Shown piece after piece: positions 30,815-41,078 of a stretch of 64,000 nt of DNA (position 1 is its first letter; every line of letters starts with the position of its first letter). Origin of the DNA: an uncultured Mucilaginibacter sp. (GTDB taxonomy: Bacteria > Bacteroidota > Bacteroidia > Sphingobacteriales > Sphingobacteriaceae); NCBI GenBank assembly GCA_903864275.1, contig CAIPFE010000035.1, forward strand, positions 24,874 through 88,873. Direction: 5' to 3'. A model generated the notes under the pieces. The model was not told the DNA's origin. It searched no databases and saw only the letters and a program-made list of their open reading frames with translations. Made by a program: the position numbers and the translations under genes.

Positions 30815-32191
30815 CTACCCCTTATTTATTTTAATTGTCATCCCCGGCTGCAGCTGATCTTTCTTTAACCCGTTTAACGACCTGATCTTCTCAATAGAAG
30901 CTCCATCAAATTTGGAGGCAATCCCGCTTAGGGTGTCCCCTCTTTTAACTTTATAAGTTATATAATTATGAGTGCGTTTAGCCGATGGGCTATCCCCCGG
31001 TTCGTCAACATTTTCACTAAGTTTTAACCTTTCCCCGGTAACTGCTTTATTAGTGTGCAGGTGGTTCCAGGCTTTTAGGTCCTGCACTTCAACGCCGTAA
31101 GTATCGGCAATATCACTGAGCGTTTCACCACGCCGTACGGTATGATAAGATGGATTTTTTTCAGCTTTTGTTTCACGGTACGAGGCATATACAGCCTGTG
31201 GCGGGGCAGCAACTACATTTGAGTTGTTAAGAGCATCGTATAAAGCGCCATATTTTTCCTTAGCAATTTGCGGGATCACCAACCTGCGCGGGGCTGTGCT
31301 GGTTCCATTAACGATCTGCCTTTTATAAGAAGGGTTTAATATCGCTAATTCCTTTAAATCAACATTCAATACCTGCGCAATGCTGCTCAGGGCAACATAT
31401 TTGTTTACCAGGACCGTATCGGTTTTTATTGAGAAATCGCAGGCCTGCGGTACTATATTATGCTTATCATAGTAATTCATAACATAAGCAACAGCAATAA
31501 ATGCAGGCACATAACCCCTTGTTTCAACAGGTAAATAAGGGCGTATCGACCAAAAATCACTGGCCCCCGCCTTTTCAATAGCATGCTGAACATTACTTTC
31601 GCCGCAATTGTACGAGGCGATGGCCAGCAGCCAGTCGCCAAACTCCTGGTAAGCGCCTTTTAAGTAAGCTGCAGCGGCATAACTGGCTTGTATAGGATCG
31701 AGCCGCTCATCAACATAATCATTCATATTTAAGCCATACATCCTTGCGGTTGTAAACATAAACTGCCATGGGCCCGTTGCGCCTACACGTGATACTGCAT
31801 AGGGATCGAGCTTTGATTCAACAATTGAAAGGTACTTTATTTCATCAGGAATACCAGCGTCCCTGAAAGCTTTTTCATAAATTGGAAAGTAGTATTTAGT
31901 CAGACCCAACACATGGCCCATTTCTTCGCGGTTATGGGTGTATACGTCAATGTAGCTTTGTACATATTCGTTATAATCAAGGGGCACATCTTTTTTTAAA
32001 GAATCAAGGCGGCGCTTAAATACATTGCTCTGACTTGTGAGCGGGGGCGGCTGATTAATAACCGGTAAAATAATGGTATCTGGTTGCGCTGTTTGCCATG
32101 TTGAAGGCATTGCCGGAGAAACAAAATATACAGCGGCTTTAACAATTTGTAGTGATAATAAACAAACAATTAAAGTAAATATTTTCTTCAT
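30815..32191 (-). CDS. MltD-like lytic murein transglycosylase with two LysM domains
   Basis: SIVESKLDPYAVSRVGATGPWQFM, ASYNCG, LPVETRGYVP; LysM motifs HTVRRGETLSDIA and YKVKRGDTLSGIA. Confidence 0.93.
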   Translation of the reverse strand: MKKIFTLIVCLLSLQIVKAAVYFVSPAMPSTWQTAQPDTIILPVINQPPPLTSQSNVFKRRLDSLKKDVPLDYNEYVQSYIDVYTHNREEMGHVLGLTKYYFPIYEKAFRDAGIPDEIKYLSIVESKLDPYAVSRVGATGPWQFMFTTARMYGLNMNDYVDERLDPIQASYAAAAYLKGAYQEFGDWLLAIASYNCGESNVQHAIEKAGASDFWSIRPYLPVETRGYVPAFIAVAYVMNYYDKHNIVPQACDFSIKTDTVLVNKYVALSSIAQVLNVDLKELAILNPSYKRQIVNGTSTAPRRLVIPQIAKEKYGALYDALNNSNVVAAPPQAVYASYRETKAEKNPSYHTVRRGETLSDIADTYGVEVQDLKAWNHLHTNKAVTGERLKLSENVDEPGDSPSAKRTHNYITYKVKRGDTLSGIASKFDGASIEKIRSLNGLKKDQLQPGMTIKINKG

Positions 32192-32251
32192 TCTTTCGGG
32201 GTTTAACCAGGGGTACTATTTAACTCGATAATTTACTAATTTATAAATATT

Positions 32252-33676
32252 TTATAGTTCAAGGAAATATTTTGAAAAATTCAGCAACTCCTGCTCTTCA
32301 AAATGCCTTGTTAGCAATTGTAATCCTAACGGTAAACCCCTACTGTTATTGCCTGTGGGCAAAGATATAGCCGGGGCACCTGTTAAAGAGGCTTGTACGG
32401 TAAAAATATCAGAAAGATACGTTACCACCGGATCTTTTTCACCCTGTCCGATAGCAAACGCAGGTTCAGGCGCAGTAGGGAACAGGATAAAATCGTATTC
32501 CTTTAAAATGGCATCGGTTTTTTCACGTATAAGCCTGCGCACTTTTTGTGCTTTGGCGAAATAGGCATCATAATACCCGGCGCTTAATACAAATGTGCCC
32601 AGCATAATGCGTCGCTTAACTTCTTTGCCAAAGCCTTCCGACCGGGACCGTTTATAAGTGGATACTAAATCCGTCGCCGAAGGGCTGCGGTAACCGTAGT
32701 GCACGCCATCATATCTCGAAAGATTTGATGAGGCTTCGGCCATGGCTAAAATGTAATAGGCCGGCACCAGGTAATCGAGGTATTCGAATGCGATAGCTTT
32801 AACCGTATGCCCATCGGCACGCAATTTCTCGATGTATTCTATGAGGTTGCTTTTCACATCGGCATCTACCCCGGGACTTGATAATGCTTCCTGCAGATAG
32901 GCTATTTTTTTGGGCGCAGGGGCTTTGATATTTTTGCTGAACGAGGGGACTGCCACGTCAGCCAGCGTGCTGTCGTATTCGTCCGGCCCGGCCATCACCT
33001 CCAGTAGAAGTGCCGCATCTTCTACCGACCTGGTGATTGGCCCAACCTGGTCAAATGACGAAGCATAAGCGATTATACCATGCCTTGAGACACGGCCATA
33101 GGTTGGTTTCAGCCCAATCAATCCGCAAAACGAAGCAGGCTGCCGAACTGAGCCCCCGGTATCAGTACCCAATGCAGCATGGCACATGCCGGCCTGCACC
33201 GCTACAGCCGCGCCTCCTGACGACCCACCTGATACCCTGGTTTGGTCCGCATAGTTTTTTACAGGGCCGAAAAATGAATTTTCATTAGCCGCGCCCATGC
33301 CGAACTCATCGCAGTTACAGCGGCCAATAATAACCGCGTCCTGAGCCAGCAGCCGCTCAACTATTGTTGAGGAATATACTGAAGTGAAATTTTTAAGAAT
33401 TTTGGAGGATGCGCTTGTTTTGTGCCCTTTATAACAGATGTTATCTTTTATAGCGATAACCATACCGGCAAGTTTACCGGCAGTTCCTTTTTTTATACGA
33501 GAATCAACATTTTGAGCGCTAATAAGCGCTTCCTGCTCAAATACTTCGTTAAAAGCATTTAAATGGGCGTTGGCAGAAATTTTACCTAAATAACCCCTGA
33601 CAAGCTTTTCAACTGTTGTTTTCCCTTCTGCAATCTCGCCCTTTATCTCATTTAAAGAGGTATACGATTTAGTCAT
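32252..33676 (-). CDS. gatA: Asp/Glu-tRNA amidotransferase subunit A
   Basis: IKDNI, GGSSGG, GTDTGGSVRQPA, SSNLSRYDGVHYG, EVKRRIMLGTFVLSAGYYDAY. Confidence 0.97.
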   Translation of the reverse strand: MTKSYTSLNEIKGEIAEGKTTVEKLVRGYLGKISANAHLNAFNEVFEQEALISAQNVDSRIKKGTAGKLAGMVIAIKDNICYKGHKTSASSKILKNFTSVYSSTIVERLLAQDAVIIGRCNCDEFGMGAANENSFFGPVKNYADQTRVSGGSSGGAAVAVQAGMCHAALGTDTGGSVRQPASFCGLIGLKPTYGRVSRHGIIAYASSFDQVGPITRSVEDAALLLEVMAGPDEYDSTLADVAVPSFSKNIKAPAPKKIAYLQEALSSPGVDADVKSNLIEYIEKLRADGHTVKAIAFEYLDYLVPAYYILAMAEASSNLSRYDGVHYGYRSPSATDLVSTYKRSRSEGFGKEVKRRIMLGTFVLSAGYYDAYFAKAQKVRRLIREKTDAILKEYDFILFPTAPEPAFAIGQGEKDPVVTYLSDIFTVQASLTGAPAISLPTGNNSRGLPLGLQLLTRHFEEQELLNFSKYFLEL

Positions 33677-33914
33677 GGGGCTAAAATAAAAAACTTATCC
33701 GTAGAATGTGTGGAAAATTGGAGATTATGATTGGAGGTTAGTCCGAAAGTCAGTAAAGTCCGGAAGTCCGGCCGCGTGCCGCCTTAGCTTTAGCGGTGGC
33801 GCAAATAAGCTGCAACTGACGTTCCGCAAAAAATAACTATAGCTATATAAAAGAGATCAGAAAAAAAAGTGTAACTCACCTAATCTCCGATCTCCCAGCA
33901 CAAATCTCTCACAA

Positions 33915-34124
33915 CTATACCCTCGGTTTTTCGTCGGTACCGGTTGTGGTATTGGTAGTAGTATTATTAGTTGGCGTACTGCCGCTTTCGCCGTTTTGCG
34001 CATCTTTGAATTCTTTCATCCCTTTGCCCAAACCTTTCATTAGTTCAGGAATCTTTTTACCGCCAAAAAACAGCAAAAGCGCCAAGACGATCAGGATAAT
34101 GTGTGATGGTTCCAAAAGTCCCAT
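33915..34124 (-). CDS. tatA: Twin-arginine translocase TatA/TatE subunit
   Basis: LLFFGGKKIPELMKGLGKGMKEFK. Confidence 0.93.
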   Translation of the reverse strand: MGLLEPSHIILIVLALLLFFGGKKIPELMKGLGKGMKEFKDAQNGESGSTPTNNTTTNTTTGTDEKPRV

Positions 34125-34158
34125 GATTGATAGTTTTTATATGTGATTATTAATATTA

Positions 34159-34614
34159 TTACGAATTCTTTATTAGTTCATTGGTTGTTGTTCCGGTATC
34201 TGTATGAGTATCCATATTGTCACCGGTAACAGGTGCGCTATGCGTTTCTGCATGACTATCAGTTGCGGTGCCTTCAGTGCCGGTAAAATGATTCTCATTT
34301 ACCGGGATAGTATTTTCAACAGGCGGGCGGTTTTCAATTAAATGTTCATTATTGGCAGGCTGCTGATCACGGATGGCTGCGGCCTGGTTATCAAGCGCTG
34401 TTTCCGTCCTTTTCTCCTCCAGGCTGTTTATATGATCATTTATCTCGCGCTTTATCCCTTCCGATGCATCTTTAAAATCACGTAACCCTTTCCCAAGCCC
34501 CCGTGCAATTTCAGGAAGCTTTTCGCCCCCGAAAAGGATGAGCGCAACAAACACAATGATGATCATGTCTGATGAAAAAAGGTTGCCAAAAAACAAAAGA
34601 ACAAAACCAAGCAT
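34159..34614 (-). CDS. Twin-arginine translocase TatA/TatB-family subunit (start uncertain)
   Basis: LILFGGEKLPEIARGLGKGLRDFKDA plus a long polar tail. Confidence 0.88.
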   Translation of the reverse strand: MLGFVLLFFGNLFSSDMIIIVFVALILFGGEKLPEIARGLGKGLRDFKDASEGIKREINDHINSLEEKRTETALDNQAAAIRDQQPANNEHLIENRPPVENTIPVNENHFTGTEGTATDSHAETHSAPVTGDNMDTHTDTGTTTNELIKNS

Positions 34615-34689
34615 ATCGTTTTCTTAATTTTAACCTATAAATTCATTAGCCTGCAAATATAAACAATTAAAATAGTATAAACTTCAAAA

Positions 34690-35988
34690 CTAATTTGGAG
34701 CCAACCAAATTTTGGGGTTCACTGGTGTAGTTCCTTTATATAAAGCAAAATTCACCACCGCTTCGCCAGTCGATGAATCGGTGGCCACAGTTCCGATGGC
34801 TTGTTTTGTGCCTACCTTTTCCCCTTTTGTTACGCTGTACGATTTTAGGTTTGAGTAAGCTGTAAAATATTCGCCATGCTGTATCACTATTAAAAATGTG
34901 CCGCTTATGTTTTCAATACTTTTTACCTGGCCCTGGAACACCGCCCTTACTGAAGCGCCGGTATTTGTCCGGATATCCCAGCCCAAACTTTCATTTTTAA
35001 TACCCTCATTGTCCATATAAATACCAAAACCCTGTATAACACTGCCGTTTGCAACCGGCCAGGGCAAGCCTCCCCTGTTGCCCAAAAAGTCACTTGATAG
35101 TTTAGCGGCTTCGGGTGTAGCATTCAAAATCTCGCTGGTGGTTGAGCTTTTTGTAATCATCCGCGCTTTGGGGACCGCAACAACTTCTTTGTTCTCGGCT
35201 TTGGCCTTTGCGGCGGCGGCTTTTTGCTCTGCTCTCGCTTCCTCCTCCGCTTTGCGCCTTGCCTCCTCAATTTCGCGGCGGATGGCGGCGTTAATTTGCT
35301 TGTTTGTTTTAGCTATTTTTTTCTGCACATCCTGTTGCTGCTGTTTTAACTGCCCTTCGTGCCTTGACAGATCGGCGACAACCGCTACCTGGCTGTTTTT
35401 TTCTTTACCAAGTGTTTCCTTTTCTTTTTCCTGGTCTAACAGCAAAGTATTTTTTTCTTTTTTGTTTTCATCCAGCTCATTTATCTTAACGTGTAATTCC
35501 GTTTGTGTTTCCTGGATGTAATTAGCCTGCCGCTCACGGTAGGTGCCTATCTGCTGTAAATATTTTAAACGTTTATAAGCCTGGTTAAAATCTTTTGCGG
35601 CAAAAATAAACATCAGCTTATTGTAGGCGCTTTGGTTACGATAGGTAAAAAGCACCATTGCTGCATACTCCTTTTTTAGTTGATCTAACTGGTTTTGCAG
35701 GTTATGTACAAAATTATTGCTTTCTGATATCTGGTTATCAAGGTTCCTTACTTCCGAATTAATATTATTGATCTTTTCTTCGCGAAGGTTTATTTGTTGC
35801 TTTAATAAATTCAGCTGCTTTAATGTAGCTTTTTTATTGTTTGCTGTTTCTTCATATTCGTGGTTAAGCTGCTCCAACTGCTGCGTTAGCTGATCGCGCT
35901 GGCGTTTTAGTTCGGCACTGCTTTGCGCATGTACCGAAAATGCCCCAAAAACAAAGACCAGGAAAGACAATATTTTTAAAAATTTCAT
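34690..35988 (-). CDS. Murein hydrolase activator EnvC family (coiled coil plus M23-like domain)
   Basis: Signal peptide from MKFLKIL (35988), long coiled coil, GGLPWPVANG, GWDIRT, VIQHGEYFTAYSNL. Confidence 0.9.
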   Translation of the reverse strand: MKFLKILSFLVFVFGAFSVHAQSSAELKRQRDQLTQQLEQLNHEYEETANNKKATLKQLNLLKQQINLREEKINNINSEVRNLDNQISESNNFVHNLQNQLDQLKKEYAAMVLFTYRNQSAYNKLMFIFAAKDFNQAYKRLKYLQQIGTYRERQANYIQETQTELHVKINELDENKKEKNTLLLDQEKEKETLGKEKNSQVAVVADLSRHEGQLKQQQQDVQKKIAKTNKQINAAIRREIEEARRKAEEEARAEQKAAAAKAKAENKEVVAVPKARMITKSSTTSEILNATPEAAKLSSDFLGNRGGLPWPVANGSVIQGFGIYMDNEGIKNESLGWDIRTNTGASVRAVFQGQVKSIENISGTFLIVIQHGEYFTAYSNLKSYSVTKGEKVGTKQAIGTVATDSSTGEAVVNFALYKGTTPVNPKIWLAPN

Positions 35989-36119
35989 ACGTATATGTTT
36001 TGCCGGAGTTGTAGTAGTTGAAAAAGTTGTAATGGTTGTAAAAACTAATAGCCTCTTAAAATTCAGACCCTTCAACCTTTACAACTCTTTCAACTTCTTA
36101 CAACCACTTACAACCCCAA

Positions 36120-36962
36120 TTAATTCCCCTCTTTGTACCTCGCCGGAATACTAAAGGGATATTCCTGCGGCTGGTCAAAATCTGTTTTTATGTAGTGCAA
36201 ATTAACCTGTATTTTTTTATCTTTTACTATCGAGGTAATATCTATTTGTGAGGGAATTACCCTGGCGCCGGCTTGTATAAAGGAACGATTGGTTACCTGC
36301 AGCGACTGCGCGGCATTCTGATCGTTAAGATTTGTTTGCGTAACATGCATACCCGGACCAACGACCAGCTTATACGCCAGGTCCTGTAAATTTCCGGTTA
36401 ACACAATGCTATCGGGGCTGGTTTTTATATCTGCGTTTTCGTTTAGAAGCTCCGGTATCGCATTGCCCACTAATAACGACTCAATTGTTTTATAATTGAC
36501 CTGGTTACCCGCAACTGAATTGATATAACTGAAGGGCTGCTTTACATAAATACTTTGCAGGCGATTAATGATCAGAATACTATCGGGCGTAATTAATACC
36601 CTTGCCGCCTCAATACCGGCTATCGCTGTAATTGATATCCAAATTTTTTCGTCCCTTTTTATACGGATATTTAAAGTGACATCGTTACTGCTCCCGTCAA
36701 TATTCAATACTGAACGTGCCTTGCCCGAAAATGAGTTAAAAATCGTTTGCCCCGCGCGTATGGCATCCAGTTTATTTTTTTTAGTATCAACAGGTTTTAT
36801 GGCACTGTCTATCGCAACCTGTTTCACTACCAGTTGCTTCCTGGCTTTGCAACTAAACGTAAACAGCAGGAAACAAATTGCCAATAACTTTATATAACTC
36901 TTATAGCGATTGATTTGAAACCCATTGCTATACAAGGTTTTATTCGATGTACTTTCTCTCAT
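36120..36962 (-). CDS. DUF4292 family lipoprotein
   Basis: Lipobox FTFSC, IRIKRDEKIWISI, ARVLITPDSI, EYPFSIPARY. Confidence 0.85.
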   Translation of the reverse strand: MRESTSNKTLYSNGFQINRYKSYIKLLAICFLLFTFSCKARKQLVVKQVAIDSAIKPVDTKKNKLDAIRAGQTIFNSFSGKARSVLNIDGSSNDVTLNIRIKRDEKIWISITAIAGIEAARVLITPDSILIINRLQSIYVKQPFSYINSVAGNQVNYKTIESLLVGNAIPELLNENADIKTSPDSIVLTGNLQDLAYKLVVGPGMHVTQTNLNDQNAAQSLQVTNRSFIQAGARVIPSQIDITSIVKDKKIQVNLHYIKTDFDQPQEYPFSIPARYKEGN

Positions 36963-38742
36963 TTATTTTTCTTTCCAAAACCGGCGACTGATCGCCATTT
37001 GCTTTAGCTTTTTTCCAGCTTTCAACAGCGGCGTCGACATTACCGAGATAGAACATAATATCGCCATAATGTTCGGATTTTATCGGGCTGTTGGTTTTAT
37101 CATCAGCCAAAGCTTTCTCCATCCATTGCTTTGCGCCGTTATAGTCCTTTTGCTTAAATAATATCCACGCATAGGTGTCCTCAAACGACGCGTTATTGGG
37201 CTGCAGGTCATTGGAGTGTTTCGACATTGCCGCTGCTTTATCCAACTGTTCACCCCGCAACGATAAATAATAGGCGTAATTGTTTAAAGTGAATACGTTG
37301 TCCGCATTATAGGATAATGCTTTATCATATGCGCCGTCGGAATTTTTGACATCTTTTAAATCATGGTAACAATCTCCTAAGGTTGAATAACTTTGCGAAA
37401 GCAGGTCTTTATCCTGGAACTCCAATGAAGTAGCGTTTTTTACATACGTCAGCGCCTTATTGTATTCCTTTTTCTGCAGCCAGGCAAGGCCCACCAAATA
37501 ATTCATCCACGCCTGGTTCGGGAAGAATGACAATGCGTTTTCGCCATCCTTAATAGCCGCGTCCAGATCATTATCGCCAATTTCGATCCGTACCAATTGC
37601 TCCTGAACTTCATATACCTGGCTGTTAAGCGTCACCGATTTTTGATACATCGTTTTAGCTTCCTTCATCTGTTGGTTTTGCAGCAGCATGTCGCCGTATA
37701 CTGCATAGGCCCTGGCATCATTGGGATGGGCAACCGTCAGTATCCTGCTTAGCTCCAGCGCGCTCGCTTTAGCATTTGGGTCAGGAAATTTTGGAAGGTA
37801 GCCACCGACTATTTTTATTTTTTGATCAATATCCAGGTCAGGAATAGCAAATGCCAGGGTTAGCTCATGAAAGCATGCCTCATAGTCTTTTTTATCCCGG
37901 TAAATATCTGCCAGCGCCAGGTGGACCAGCCCGCTGTTTGGGTTAATTTTTTCGGCTGTCAGCAATACTTTTAGCGCTTTATCGGCGAAATTATTGGCAT
38001 TATACAGTTCGGAGAGAAACAAGTAATATTTTATTTGCTGTGGGTTGTCCTCTATCATTTTTTCGAGGCGCTGGGCTGCCAGGTCAACTTTGCCCTGTTT
38101 AAGGTATATTTTTTGCCTGTTAGCGAGCAGATCGTCGGTGGGCCCTATCAACTGCTCCAGCTTATCATAAACCTGCAGAGCCTCATCGTATTTTTTCTGA
38201 TAGAAATACGCATTCGCTTCATCAAAATAATAGTCCGGTTTATCAGGATTGATCCTGATCAGTTGGTCAAATACATTTTCGAGTTTGCCGAAATCGTTGG
38301 TCTTTTCGTAACAATCTGCCAAAGCCACCCAATACCATTCATTATCGCGGTCAACAGCAACAGCTTTTTCCAACAGTACCTGGGCACCCTCATAATCATT
38401 CTTTAACTTCTTAAGGTTGGAAAGTTCGTACAATGAAGCATCGTTGGCCGGGTCCATCTGTATTACCTTGTCAAAAAATTCGGCGGCAAGGCTGTTATTT
38501 TCAATTGTTTTTTCCCGAATTGCCGAAAAGAAAAGCTGGCGCACCATGGCGCTATCTGTATCGTTCATCGGTTTACCCGGGACCGCTGTACCCTGGCTTT
38601 TATTCTGTGCAAAAACAGAACCGGAAAGAAGCAAGATACAAGAGACAAGAGCCAAGACCGGATAACTACTAGCTAATGCGACATTGTACTTTCCTGTTCC
38701 GTATATAAATTTTTTATCTTTCATATCAATCATTGGTCCCAA
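36940..38742 (-). CDS. Tetratricopeptide repeat protein
   Basis: Many TPR-like helical repeats, LNNYAYYLS, FEDTYAWILF. Confidence 0.9.
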   Translation of the reverse strand: MGPMIDMKDKKFIYGTGKYNVALASSYPVLALVSCILLLSGSVFAQNKSQGTAVPGKPMNDTDSAMVRQLFFSAIREKTIENNSLAAEFFDKVIQMDPANDASLYELSNLKKLKNDYEGAQVLLEKAVAVDRDNEWYWVALADCYEKTNDFGKLENVFDQLIRINPDKPDYYFDEANAYFYQKKYDEALQVYDKLEQLIGPTDDLLANRQKIYLKQGKVDLAAQRLEKMIEDNPQQIKYYLFLSELYNANNFADKALKVLLTAEKINPNSGLVHLALADIYRDKKDYEACFHELTLAFAIPDLDIDQKIKIVGGYLPKFPDPNAKASALELSRILTVAHPNDARAYAVYGDMLLQNQQMKEAKTMYQKSVTLNSQVYEVQEQLVRIEIGDNDLDAAIKDGENALSFFPNQAWMNYLVGLAWLQKKEYNKALTYVKNATSLEFQDKDLLSQSYSTLGDCYHDLKDVKNSDGAYDKALSYNADNVFTLNNYAYYLSLRGEQLDKAAAMSKHSNDLQPNNASFEDTYAWILFKQKDYNGAKQWMEKALADDKTNSPIKSEHYGDIMFYLGNVDAAVESWKKAKANGDQSPVLERKINERKYIE

Positions 38743-38757
38743 AATCGTAAATCTCTC

Positions 38758-39192
38758 CTATCCCACTCCCGTATGGCCATAACCGCCTGCGCCCCTTGTT
38801 GTTTCGTTTAATACATCAACTTGTTCCCAGCTTACTTTTTCATAACGGGAAATTATCATTTGTGCTATCCTGTCACCGGCACAGAGCTCAAATACCTGGT
38901 CGGAAAGATTGACAAGCAGCACTTTAATTTCACCGCGGTAATCTGCATCAATTGTTCCCGGTGAATTAACAATACCTATGCCATGCTTAAATGCAAGGCC
39001 GCTGCGGGGGCGTATCTGTGCTTCAAAGCCCTCAGGCAATTCGATGTGCAAGCCTGTGGGGACCAGTTTTCGTTCCATTGGCTTCAGCAATATCGGCTCT
39101 TCAACATCGGCCCTTAGGTCCATACCGGCCGCATGCAATGTTTCGTAAGCCGGCAAACTATTTTTCGACCGGTTAATAATCCTGATGTTCAT
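38758..39192 (-). CDS. dut: dUTP diphosphatase
   Basis: [40 protein letters not shown]. Confidence 0.98.
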   Translation of the reverse strand: MNIRIINRSKNSLPAYETLHAAGMDLRADVEEPILLKPMERKLVPTGLHIELPEGFEAQIRPRSGLAFKHGIGIVNSPGTIDADYRGEIKVLLVNLSDQVFELCAGDRIAQMIISRYEKVSWEQVDVLNETTRGAGGYGHTGVG

Positions 39193-40673
39193 CGTTTACT
39201 AAATATAGCTTTTAAATCCTTGCCTTCAAAATAAATCGTAGCCAATATAAATAATAATAAAAGTAAGTTCCCGGCAAATATGTTACGGTTAAAAACGTAG
39301 AACGATAAGTAAACGATTAAAATTGACGAAATAATATAGGCGCCGTTCTTTTTCAGGTTATATGGGATAGGGTAATTTTTTTGCCCCCATACATAGGATA
39401 GCACCATCATAGCTGCGTAGGAAATAACAGAAACCCAGGCCGCCGCCATGTAACTATATTTTGGGATAAACAGGATAAGCAAGACAATGGTAAGTACGGC
39501 CCCAATACCTGAGATATACAGGCCATATTTTGTTTGATCGGAGAGTTTATACCATACCGACAAATTCATATAAATGCCCAGGCTAACGTAGCCAAAAAGC
39601 AACAACGGCACCACGTTTAGGCCAATCCAGTAACTGCTGCCAATAAAATATTTCAGGAGGTTAATGTTGGCAGAAATACCCACAAAAGCAAGGCAGACGG
39701 CTATTACAAAGTAATCCATAATGCGCGCATAGGTTTGCCCGGAATTTTTATTTTTGGCATGACTGAAAAAGAAAGGTTCGGCGCCAAGGCGAAAAGCCTG
39801 CACAAAAATGCTTAAGAAAATGGATATCTTGGCACAGGCTGTGTATATACCCACTTGTTCGCTACTGATAGCGTTGGGCAACATTTTGCCTAACAGCATT
39901 TTGTCGAGATTTTCATTAATAATGTAAGAAAAATTGGCAACCAATATGGGTAGGCTATAAGCGAACATATTTTTGAACATATCCGTGTTAAAATCGAAGG
40001 TTAATTTAAGCACCTCCGGCAACAGCAGCAGCAAGGTCAGGCTACTTGCAACGAGGTTTGATAAAAAGATATATCCCAGCCATCCCGGTCTAAACCACGA
40101 ATTAATGAATGCCGACCCCGCAAAATTGTGCCTGGTGTAAAATGGTATAATATAAATGAATATGATATTTAACCCGATAAAAGTGATGACATTGGCTAAT
40201 TTAATAAATCCGTAACGGCCCGGCCGGCCATCAGCCCGCACTTTTGCAAATGGGACCACGCACCATGCATCAATAACCAGGAATGATATGAAATAAACTA
40301 CATAAAGGCGATAATCCAGGAATGAAGTGGTTTTTTCAATTTTTAAATAATGGGTTATCTGGTTGACAAATGGCAATGTTGCCGCCAGGAAAATAAGGGT
40401 AGTTGTAAAAACAGCCGCAAATGAATTGTTATACACCTGCTGCTTTTTATCTTCATGCTTGTTCAGGTATCTAAAAAATGTAGTTTCCATACCAAAAGCA
40501 AGCAATGCCTGCAGCATGGACGCATACGCAAACATACTTCCGAAAATACCATAGATATTGCGGCTATAGGTACGCGTGTAAACAGAGGTAAGGAAAAAAT
40601 TCAGCGTTCTGCTGGCTATAGTACTTATCCCATAGATGGCTGTTTGCCCGGCGAATTTTTTAGCGGTTGACAA
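39189..40673 (-). CDS. Polysaccharide biosynthesis flippase (Wzx/MOP family)
   Basis: [38 protein letters not shown]; about 12-14 TM helices. Confidence 0.85.
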   Translation of the reverse strand: MSTAKKFAGQTAIYGISTIASRTLNFFLTSVYTRTYSRNIYGIFGSMFAYASMLQALLAFGMETTFFRYLNKHEDKKQQVYNNSFAAVFTTTLIFLAATLPFVNQITHYLKIEKTTSFLDYRLYVVYFISFLVIDAWCVVPFAKVRADGRPGRYGFIKLANVITFIGLNIIFIYIIPFYTRHNFAGSAFINSWFRPGWLGYIFLSNLVASSLTLLLLLPEVLKLTFDFNTDMFKNMFAYSLPILVANFSYIINENLDKMLLGKMLPNAISSEQVGIYTACAKISIFLSIFVQAFRLGAEPFFFSHAKNKNSGQTYARIMDYFVIAVCLAFVGISANINLLKYFIGSSYWIGLNVVPLLLFGYVSLGIYMNLSVWYKLSDQTKYGLYISGIGAVLTIVLLILFIPKYSYMAAAWVSVISYAAMMVLSYVWGQKNYPIPYNLKKNGAYIISSILIVYLSFYVFNRNIFAGNLLLLLFILATIYFEGKDLKAIFSKR

Positions 40674-40710
40674 TGGTGCTTCAGCGAATTTTGTTAAAAG
40701 CTTATAACTG

Positions 40711-40992
40711 CTATAAGCTTCTTTTTACGATCTCAAAATTACGATAGTTTTTTAATTCGCCTTCATGGCTTTCAACAAGATTTACATTGGCATGTTGCGG
40801 GCCTTCGTGGCACCACTCCAGGAACATTTCGAGCGACAGGTTATCACCTTCTGCGGCTATGGTTACGTCTCCGTTTGGTTCATTCATAACGTAGCCCTTA
40901 ACCCCAAGCTGATCAGCTACGGCCTTGGTAGCGCCCCTGAAGAAAACTCCCTGGACTGCGCCTTTTACTGTTATGTCGAGGTGTTTTTTCAT
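40711..40992 (-). CDS. Acylphosphatase
   Basis: VKGAVQGVFFR, GYVMNEPNGDV, WCHEGP. Confidence 0.93.
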   Translation of the reverse strand: MKKHLDITVKGAVQGVFFRGATKAVADQLGVKGYVMNEPNGDVTIAAEGDNLSLEMFLEWCHEGPQHANVNLVESHEGELKNYRNFEIVKRSL

Positions 40993-41078
40993 TTTGGTTG
41001 TAGAAGTTGTAATAAGTTGAAAAGGTTGTAATAGGTTGTAAATTAAAAATTTTCTACCCTTTTCAACTCTTTTAACCT

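Noticed and set aside
34690-36075. Extended N-termini given by the ORF track (EnvC-like from 36075; likewise glyA from 46403 and miaB from 17435)
   Set aside because: The extensions run through repeats or across the -7 promoter boxes. Downstream ATGs match the family starts.
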